Source: Pelobium sp. (lineage in GTDB: Bacteria; Bacteroidota; Bacteroidia; Sphingobacteriales; Sphingobacteriaceae). Taken from it: DNA of 64,000 nucleotides. The stretch lies in the NCBI GenBank assembly GCA_036379295.1, contig DASVGY010000001.1:1163-65162 (forward strand). The letters run 5' to 3'. The translations under genes and the position numbers were made by a program. Shown here piece by piece: positions 56,905 through 64,000 of this stretch; position 1 is the first letter of the stretch, and each line of letters begins with the position of its first letter. The notes beneath the pieces were generated by a model, which was not told where the DNA came from, did no database searches, and was given only the letters and a program-made list of their open reading frames with translations.

Positions 56905-58158
56905 ATGCAAGTATTCAAGTTTGGAGGCGCATCTGTAAAAGATGCCTTAGGAATTAAAAACATAGGTGAAATTTTGCAACTACACAAAAACGAGCCTTTA
57001 CTAATTGTGGTTTCTGCAATGGGCGAAACCACCGATGCACTAGAAAAATTGGCCGAAAGCTATGTTGGGCAAAAAAAAGACATGCATGCTATTTTTGAAG
57101 ATATTAAAAACTACCACTTCAAAATTATCCACCAATTGTTTGATGATAAACACCCTGTTTTTGATGAAGTTACCAACACCTTCGTAGAAATCGATTGGAT
57201 TATAGAGGACGAACCTATAGACGAGTTTAGCTTTATTTACGACCAAATTGTTTCCATTGGCGAATTGGTGGCTACCAAAATTGTAGGTCATTATTTGAAT
57301 AAAATAGGATTAACAACAAAATGGCTGGATGCCCGTTCTTATATCCAAACTGATAATGTTTATCGCGAAGCACACATCAATTGGGATAAAACAGCGCAGC
57401 TCATCCAAAAAGACATCCCCCAAATTTTAAAAAACAGCTTTGCCATTACGCAAGGTTTTATCGGCAATACCTCAGAAAACTTCACCACCACTTTGGGCAG
57501 AGAAGGTTCTGATTACAGTGCGGCTATTTTCGCTTTTGGTTTAAACGCAGAAAGCGTTACTGTTTGGAAAGATGTTCCGGGAGTTTTTAATGCCGACCCT
57601 AACTTATTCCACGATTGTGTCAAATTTGATGAACTTTCTTACATCGAAGCAATTGAAATGGCTTATCACGGTGCCAACATCATCCATCCAAAAACGGTTA
57701 AACCCTTACAAAACAAGCAAATACCGCTTTATGTAAAGTCTTTTTTAGCACCTACCGAAGCCGGAACTACTATCAAGGAAGTGTCCACAAGCATTGCTAT
57801 ACCCATTTTCATCGTTAAGGAAAATCAAATTTTGGTTACCTTACACACACACGATTTGGCTTTCATTACCGAAATTCAAATTAGCCAAATTTTTAAGGCT
57901 TTCGCCGATGCTCATATCAAAGTACATACTTTGCAGGCTTCTGCGTTAACTTTCTCTGCCAGTTTTGACTTTGATGCGCATAAATTTGATAGCTTTAAAG
58001 CTTTAATATCCTCCGATTTTGATTTACGCTATAATAACGGGTTAAAACTAATTACCATTCGCCACCCAACTGAAGAAGCGATAAACAAATACGTAAACGG
58101 AGAAATTTATTTAATAGAGCGCAACAGAAATACTGCGCATTTTGTAATTAAGGTATGA
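56905..58158 (+). CDS. Second aspartate kinase family protein
   Basis: VFKFGGASV, VVSAMG, TTLGREGSDYSA, WKDVPG, IHPKT. Confidence 0.88.
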   Translation: MQVFKFGGASVKDALGIKNIGEILQLHKNEPLLIVVSAMGETTDALEKLAESYVGQKKDMHAIFEDIKNYHFKIIHQLFDDKHPVFDEVTNTFVEIDWIIEDEPIDEFSFIYDQIVSIGELVATKIVGHYLNKIGLTTKWLDARSYIQTDNVYREAHINWDKTAQLIQKDIPQILKNSFAITQGFIGNTSENFTTTLGREGSDYSAAIFAFGLNAESVTVWKDVPGVFNADPNLFHDCVKFDELSYIEAIEMAYHGANIIHPKTVKPLQNKQIPLYVKSFLAPTEAGTTIKEVSTSIAIPIFIVKENQILVTLHTHDLAFITEIQISQIFKAFADAHIKVHTLQASALTFSASFDFDAHKFDSFKALISSDFDLRYNNGLKLITIRHPTEEAINKYVNGEIYLIERNRNTAHFVIKV

Positions 58159-59333
58159 GGGAATTGTTTAAAAAGTTAGTTAGCAAAGAAGTTCAGGATT
58201 TTATCAATAACAACCTTAAAACCGATTTATCAAAATTGATTTTGAAGGGTTCGCCCTTTGCTGATGTTGACATTAAAACAATTGCTACACAAATTGATAG
58301 TAAAAATAAAGCGGTAAAAAAACTGCCAACTTGGTATAAAACCCACGGAATTATTTATCCGCCTAAATTAAATTTAGAGCAGGCTTCTTCAGAAGTTACC
58401 GCTAACTATAAAGCCTCGTTAGTAGGCAGCGGGCCGTTAATTGATTTAACAGGTGGTTTTGGGTCCGATGCTTATTATTTTGCGCAAAAAGCCAGTTCTG
58501 TTCTTCATTGCGAAATTAACGAGGAACTTTCTGAAATTGTAAAACACAATTTTGATGTTTTAGGGATAAAAAATGTTGATTTTATTGCCGGTGATAGCTC
58601 CGAAATTCTTAAAAATCAGGATGAAGTAGCCACAATTTACATCGATCCATCTCGCAGAGCAACCGCAGGTCGCGTATTTTTGTTAAAAGATTGCGAACCC
58701 GATGTTGTGGCCAACCAAAACAACTATTTAAAAAAAGCCAAGCGAGTAATTATCAAAGCTGCGCCGATGTTAGATATCCAGGCGGCGTTAAAAGAATTAA
58801 AAAATGTAATTGAAGTTCACATAGTTAGCCTAAAAAACGAATGCAAGGAATTGCTTTTTGTTTTAGAGAAAGATGCAACCGAAGAACCTACCATTAATTG
58901 TGTGCTTTTAAATTCGCAGGATTCTAAAATCATCAGTTTCAATTTTTCTGAAGAGCGCAGCGTGGATAGCAAGGCGGTAAAACTGATGAATTATTTGTAC
59001 GAGCCAGACGCTTGTATATTAAAAGCAGGAATGTTTAAATTACTCACAGAACGATACCCCGTAGCCAAAATACACCAGCACAGTCATTTATACACGTCAA
59101 ATGAGTTGATAGATTTCCCTGGCAAGCGGTTCAAAATCATCAAAACTATTCCGTTTAATGACTTTTCAAAGGCACAAGTTCCCAACCAAATTAACTTAGT
59201 TTGCAGAAATTTCAATTTAAAGCCAGACGAGCTTAAAAAGCAATTTAAATTGAAAGATGGCGGCACTGATTTCTTGTTTTTTACAACAAACTATAAAGAA
59301 CAGAAAATAGTGGTGCATGCACAAAAAATATAG
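58155..59333 (+). CDS. Class I SAM-dependent methyltransferase with THUMP-like C-terminus
   Basis: LEQASSE, DLTGGFGSD, YIDPSRR, ECKELL, LKDGG. Confidence 0.8.
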   Translation: MRELFKKLVSKEVQDFINNNLKTDLSKLILKGSPFADVDIKTIATQIDSKNKAVKKLPTWYKTHGIIYPPKLNLEQASSEVTANYKASLVGSGPLIDLTGGFGSDAYYFAQKASSVLHCEINEELSEIVKHNFDVLGIKNVDFIAGDSSEILKNQDEVATIYIDPSRRATAGRVFLLKDCEPDVVANQNNYLKKAKRVIIKAAPMLDIQAALKELKNVIEVHIVSLKNECKELLFVLEKDATEEPTINCVLLNSQDSKIISFNFSEERSVDSKAVKLMNYLYEPDACILKAGMFKLLTERYPVAKIHQHSHLYTSNELIDFPGKRFKIIKTIPFNDFSKAQVPNQINLVCRNFNLKPDELKKQFKLKDGGTDFLFFTTNYKEQKIVVHAQKI

Positions 59334-59387
59334 GTTTAAGGGGTATGGTACATCAGCTTTAAGCTTATTATAAACGGTATAATTAGT

Positions 59388-59693
59388 ATGATTGAAAATT
59401 TAAAATCCAGCATTGGCCAGTTCAGATTGATTTGTTTTTTAGAAGGAGTTACGCTTCTGGTATTAATTTTTGTGGCCATGCCAATGAAGTATTTCTTTGC
59501 AAACCCAATTGTTTCTAAAATTTTTGGACCCATACACGGCGGATTGTTTTTGGCCTACGTAGCTTACACTATTTTATTTGCGATAAATTATAGCTGGAGC
59601 TTTAAAAAAATCTTCTGGGTTAGTATTGCCAGCTTCTTCCCTTTCGCCACATTTTACGTAGAAAAAAGGGTGCTACCCAAAATCGCAAAATAA
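59388..59693 (+). CDS. DUF3817-like membrane protein
   Basis: FLEGVTLL…AMPMKY…GPIHGGLF…PF. Confidence 0.8.
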   Translation: MIENLKSSIGQFRLICFLEGVTLLVLIFVAMPMKYFFANPIVSKIFGPIHGGLFLAYVAYTILFAINYSWSFKKIFWVSIASFFPFATFYVEKRVLPKIAK

Positions 59694-59817
59694 TCCTTTC
59701 GGCTGATTTAGCGCCGATGAGTAAGTTATCCTCAAAAATTAATTTTGAAATTCTCAAATTCTGCTGTGGATTGGTAATTTATTATCAAAAAACCACATAA
59801 ATAAAGATATTTGCGCC

Positions 59818-60975
59818 ATGAACGCAAAAAAAATTGGCATCACGGGTTGGGGAAGTGTTTCTGCTTTAGGCTCAGATAAAAATGAAATCTGGGAAAGTTA
59901 TTTAAACCATCAGCATTATTTTAAAAAACAAACATTTTTGCAAACAGCAGATTGGTGCGCACCGCTAAGTAGTTCTGCAAAAGAAATTGTGGATGCTATA
60001 CATAACGAAAAACACGCTTATAAAAACCTAGACCCTAGCGTCATCTTTGCCATTGCAGCTTCAAGATTAGCCATTAAGGATTCGAATTGGGAAAATGTCG
60101 ATAAAGAATTTGGTATCAACATCGGCTCGTCTCGCGGGGCAACTACGCTATTTGAAAAATACCATTCAGATTTTATCGAAAGTAAAGAAACTTCTCCTCT
60201 TTGTTCGCCCGCAACTACATTAGGCAATATTGCCAGTTGGGTAGCTACAGATTTAGAAACAAATGGACCCGCCATTTCACATTCTATTACTTGCAGCACT
60301 GCCTTACATGCAATTATCAATGCGGTGGTTTGGATTAGCTCGGGCCATACCAACCGTTTTTTAGCTGGCGGAAGTGAAGCACCGTTAACACCTTTTACTT
60401 TAGCGCAAATGAAAGCCTTGAAAATTTATTCGAGCGCTACTGATGATTATCCGTGTAAAGCCATGGATTTACAAAAGCAAAAAAGTTCCATGATTTTAGG
60501 CGAAGGTGCAACTAGTTTTAATTTAGAAGCAAGCCCTACAAATGCTATCGCTTACATCACAGGCATCGGTTATGGCGTTGAGGTCATTAAAAATGGGGCG
60601 TCTTTATCAGCAGATGCACTTTGTATGCAAAAATCTATGCGCAAAGCACTAAACAATCACAACCCAAATTCTATCGATGTGGTAATTATGCATTCGCCAG
60701 GAACAGTTTTAGGAGACCTTGCAGAAATGCAGGCAATTGAAGCAATTTTCGATAATAACCTTCCGCTACTTACCTGTAATAAATGGAAATTGGGACATAC
60801 TTTTGGTACTTCCGGGGCTTTAAGTCTAGAAATGGCTTTGCTCATGATTCAGCATAACCATTTCATCAATCCCCCTTATTTAAAAACGCAATCTCCAATA
60901 AAAGAAATCAAAAAAATAATGATTAACGCAGTTGGCTTTGGAGGAAACGCGGCAAGTATAATTGTGGAAAAATAA
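59818..60975 (+). CDS. Beta-ketoacyl-ACP synthase (FabF/B-like), stand-alone
   Basis: ITCST catalytic Cys, GEGA, HSPGT, KLGHT, NAVGFGG. Confidence 0.85.
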   Translation: MNAKKIGITGWGSVSALGSDKNEIWESYLNHQHYFKKQTFLQTADWCAPLSSSAKEIVDAIHNEKHAYKNLDPSVIFAIAASRLAIKDSNWENVDKEFGINIGSSRGATTLFEKYHSDFIESKETSPLCSPATTLGNIASWVATDLETNGPAISHSITCSTALHAIINAVVWISSGHTNRFLAGGSEAPLTPFTLAQMKALKIYSSATDDYPCKAMDLQKQKSSMILGEGATSFNLEASPTNAIAYITGIGYGVEVIKNGASLSADALCMQKSMRKALNNHNPNSIDVVIMHSPGTVLGDLAEMQAIEAIFDNNLPLLTCNKWKLGHTFGTSGALSLEMALLMIQHNHFINPPYLKTQSPIKEIKKIMINAVGFGGNAASIIVEK

Positions 60976-61008
60976 GCCTCACCCCAACCCTCTCCGAAGG
61001 AGAAGGAG
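60976..61008 (-). repeat. REP-like element, copy 2 (opposite orientation)
   Basis: GCCTCACCCCAACCCTCTCCGAAGGAGAAGGAG immediately after the KS stop codon. Confidence 0.8.
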
Positions 61009-61082
61009 TGACTTTCAAACCGGAATAATTAAGTGGGAAAAATTTGATTTCAGTTTAGATATTTAGAAAAGCAAATTAGCTA

Positions 61083-61436
61083 ATGATGCAGCCTATTATC
61101 CATTATGCTTTACATTTTGTAGCTCCCTTTTTTATTGCCTATTTCTTTTTTAAAAACGATTGGAAAAAGGTTTACCTCATTTTATTGGCAACGATGCTTA
61201 TTGATTTAGACCATCTTTTGGCCACGCCTATTTTTCAGCCAGACCGTTGCAGCATCGGCTTTCATCCGCTACACAGTTTATACATTATTCCGTTTTATTT
61301 TGCACTTCTATTTTTACGTAAACCCTTCAATATCATCGGTATTGGTTTGGTTTTACACATATTTACAGATTGTTTAGATTGTTTAATGACACTCCACAAT
61401 TGTAAAGATTGTTTGCTACACGGCCATTTATTGTAG
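61083..61436 (+). CDS. DUF6122-like membrane protein
   Basis: HYALHF, TMLIDLDHLLATPIF…RCSIGFHPLH, LHIFTD. Confidence 0.75.
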   Translation: MMQPIIHYALHFVAPFFIAYFFFKNDWKKVYLILLATMLIDLDHLLATPIFQPDRCSIGFHPLHSLYIIPFYFALLFLRKPFNIIGIGLVLHIFTDCLDCLMTLHNCKDCLLHGHLL

Positions 61437-61460
61437 CATCTTTTATGCTATCATTTAAAA

Positions 61461-61472
61461 TGATATGTATCA
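61461..61472. promoter_or_regulatory. CRP/FNR-like box TGAT-N4-ATCA upstream of copA
   Basis: TGATATGTATCA, 40 nt upstream of the -7 element TACTTTTG (61513-61520). Confidence 0.45.
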
Positions 61473-61574
61473 GACTTTAACCTCACAATTCTAATTAAGC
61501 TTTTCGTAAATTTACTTTTGTTGGAACAAAGCTTGCTTCCTGATAACAAGGAAGAAACAATTTAACCATAGAAA

Positions 61575-64000
61575 ATGAAACAGACCTTTATTGTTGATGG
61601 GATGAGCTGCAATGGCTGTCGCACCAATGTTGAAAATAAATTAAATGCAATTGAAGGCGTAAGAGCATCGGTAAGTTTAGACCCTCCTCAGGCTGAGGTT
61701 GAAACAGACGAACCAATTACCATGGAAAACCTGCAAGAAGGTTTAGGAACGCACTACATTCTAAAAAAAAAGTCTTGTTGTAGCGAAAACCACCAGGCAA
61801 CACCCCTAAAAAAGAAACCGCAGAAGGCAATTAAAGGTGCAATCTATTATTGTCCGATGCATTGCGAAGGCGATAAAACTTACGATAAACCCGGTGATTG
61901 TCCGGTTTGCGGAATGGATTTAGTGCCAGAGGCTGCACCCAAAAAAACGCAGTTCACTTGTCCAATGCATCCAGAAATCATCAAAGACCAACCCGGAGAT
62001 TGCCCAATCTGCGGAATGGATTTGGTACCATTGCAGCCGAAAGATGATAACCAAGATAACGCAGCTTACACAAAACTGCTTACCAAGTTTAAAATTGCAG
62101 TTGCGTTTACGCTCCCCATCTTTTTAATTGCCATGTCGGATATGGTTCCTAACAATCCGATTTACAAAATAATGGACTTAAAATACTGGGATTGGGTGCA
62201 ATTTGCGCTCTCCATTCCTGTGATTTTTTATGCCTGTTGGATGTTTTTCGAAAGAGCCTGGCGTTCTGTAATTACCTGGAATCTAAATATGTTTACGTTA
62301 ATTGGGATTGGTTCTGGCGTTGCATGGCTTTTTAGCATAGTTGCGTTGTTTTTTCCAGACGTATTTCCCAATCAGTTTAAAAGTGAGGCTGGAACCGTTT
62401 ATGTTTATTTTGAGGCCGCCACCGTTATACTCACCTTAGTTTTGTTAGGGCAAGTTTTAGAAGCCCGAGCGCACAGTAAAACCAATAGCGCAATTAAAGA
62501 ATTGTTAAAACTGGCACCAAACACTGCAATAAAGGTTGTTGACGGAAAAGAACAAAAAGTTTCTATTGACGATGTAGAGATTGGTGATTTAATTAGGGTA
62601 AAACCTGGCGAAAAAATCCCGGTTGACGGCAGCATAAAAGACGGAAATCCGAATATTGACGAGTCTATGATTTCTGGAGAACCTATCCCCGTAGAGAAAA
62701 ACAGCGGCGATAAAGTAAACGCCGGAACCATAAACGGCAACCGTTCTTTTGTGATGACCGCCGAAAAAGTAGGTGCAGAAACTTTGCTTTCGCAAATTAT
62801 TGAAATGGTAAACAATGCCAGTCGTTCAAAAGCACCTATCCAAAAGTTAGCTGATAAAATATCAGGATATTTTGTTCCAGTGGTGGTAATAACATCTGTA
62901 ATTACGTTTATAGTTTGGGCAATTTATGGCCCCGAACCTGCTTACGTATTTGCTTTTGTAAACGCAATTGCTGTTTTAATTATCGCCTGCCCCTGCGCTT
63001 TAGGTTTAGCAACGCCAATGGCAGTAATGGTTGGTGTTGGAAAAGGTGCGACCGCGGGTGTGTTAATTAAGAACGCCGAGGCCTTGGAAAAGATGAATGA
63101 GATGGACGTTTTAGTGATTGATAAAACGGGGACAATTACAGAAGGGAAGCCCTCGGTTGAAAAGGTTATCAGCGATGATCCCAACTATACAGAAGATGAT
63201 TTGGCGATGAAAATTGCTTCCTTAAATAGCAATAGCGAGCATCCTTTAGCACAAGCTACCTTAAAATACGCGGAAGAGAAAAGCATCAAAACCAAAGAAG
63301 CTAAAAATTTTGAAGCAGTTACCGGCAAGGGCGTTACAGGAAATCTTGAAGGTGATGAATTAGCCTTAGGAAACCAAAAGTTGATGGAACAGGTTGGTGC
63401 AACCATCTCCGCAGAACTTTCTGCCGCTGTAGAAAAAGAACAACAGAAAGGAAAAACAGTATCTTACCTAGCTGCAAACAAAAAAATAATTGGCTTTGTG
63501 GTAATTTCAGATAAAATAAAACCCGAGAGTAAAACTGCAATTAAAAAACTACAAGATGAAGGCTTGCAGGTTTTTATGTTTACCGGAGACAACGAAGCAA
63601 CTGCCAAAGCGGTGAGCGAAACTTTAGGTTTAGATGGCTATAAAGCACAACTATTGCCACAAGATAAACAAGAAGAAATAAAGCGCTTACAAAGCCAAGG
63701 TAAAAAAGTTGCCATGGCTGGCGATGGAATTAACGATGCGCCTGCCCTTTCGCAAGCAGATATTGGAATTGCCATGGGAACCGGAACGGATGTTGCCATA
63801 GAAAGCGCCGCTATTACGTTGCTTAAAGGTGATTTAAACGGAATTGCAAAAGCTAAGTTGTTAAGTCATAAAGTGATGCGTAACATCAAAGAAAACCTGT
63901 TTTTTGCGCTAGCTTATAACGTTATCGGAATACCGGTTGCAGCAGGCGTTTTATATCCGTTTTTCGGGATGCTGCTTTCGCCGATGATTGCAGCTTTGGC
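61575..64000 (+). CDS. copA: Cu(+)-translocating P1B-type ATPase, truncated by the window end (absent from the ORF track)
   Basis: Hand translation from ATG 61575: GMSCNGC HMA domain, two CPMH…PGDCP(V/I)CGMDL domains, then IACPCALGLATP, DKTGT, GDGINDAPAL. Confidence 0.92.
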   Translation, partial: MKQTFIVDGMSCNGCRTNVENKLNAIEGVRASVSLDPPQAEVETDEPITMENLQEGLGTHYILKKKSCCSENHQATPLKKKPQKAIKGAIYYCPMHCEGDKTYDKPGDCPVCGMDLVPEAAPKKTQFTCPMHPEIIKDQPGDCPICGMDLVPLQPKDDNQDNAAYTKLLTKFKIAVAFTLPIFLIAMSDMVPNNPIYKIMDLKYWDWVQFALSIPVIFYACWMFFERAWRSVITWNLNMFTLIGIGSGVAWLFSIVALFFPDVFPNQFKSEAGTVYVYFEAATVILTLVLLGQVLEARAHSKTNSAIKELLKLAPNTAIKVVDGKEQKVSIDDVEIGDLIRVKPGEKIPVDGSIKDGNPNIDESMISGEPIPVEKNSGDKVNAGTINGNRSFVMTAEKVGAETLLSQIIEMVNNASRSKAPIQKLADKISGYFVPVVVITSVITFIVWAIYGPEPAYVFAFVNAIAVLIIACPCALGLATPMAVMVGVGKGATAGVLIKNAEALEKMNEMDVLVIDKTGTITEGKPSVEKVISDDPNYTEDDLAMKIASLNSNSEHPLAQATLKYAEEKSIKTKEAKNFEAVTGKGVTGNLEGDELALGNQKLMEQVGATISAELSAAVEKEQQKGKTVSYLAANKKIIGFVVISDKIKPESKTAIKKLQDEGLQVFMFTGDNEATAKAVSETLGLDGYKAQLLPQDKQEEIKRLQSQGKKVAMAGDGINDAPALSQADIGIAMGTGTDVAIESAAITLLKGDLNGIAKAKLLSHKVMRNIKENLFFALAYNVIGIPVAAGVLYPFFGMLLSPMIAAL

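Noticed and set aside
1061-63540. Many short ORFs in the ORF track (e.g. 1132-1557, 16002-16451, 30523-31014, 51052-51474, 62405-63540)
   Set aside because: They are antisense or out-of-frame shadows of well-supported genes; those at 62405-63540 lie opposite copA.

Overview
AT-rich chromosomal window from a Bacteroidota bacterium, most likely Sphingobacteriaceae/Pedobacter-like. This is inferred from the T9SS PorP/SprF plus type-B CTD pair, the TAnnTTTG promoters and the gene content. Most of the roughly 54 CDS are housekeeping: gltBD, lysA-lysC, rnz-STAS-purC-phoH, BCKDH-type E2, cinA-lptD/amidase-mlaD, PBP1A, msrB, mutS2, yggS, a second aspartokinase, and a Cu P-type ATPase cut by the window end. 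No rRNA, tRNA, CRISPR array or transposase was seen. Five signals stand out. (1) Two in-frame A_AAA_AAG slippery sites directly follow the N-terminal HMA domain of copA; a -1 shift at the first would give a 69-aa CopZ-like chaperone. (2) A six-gene operon (ECF sigma, anti-sigma-like, Spy/CpxP-like, YHYH, MORN, SCO) looks like an uncharacterised envelope metal/copper module. (3) An ABC-F gene is framed like an integron cassette and has a leader with an AUG-UAA start-stop uORF next to a hairpin covering its initiation region. (4) A non-canonical LexA has TACTAA-N5-TTAGTA boxes at its own promoter, shared with a degenerate GIY-YIG gene, and at a DnaQ-UvrC fusion gene. (5) Several palindromic or short-tandem repeat elements are present, one of them inside the lysA reading frame. 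All product calls come from motif recognition by eye; no database searches were run.
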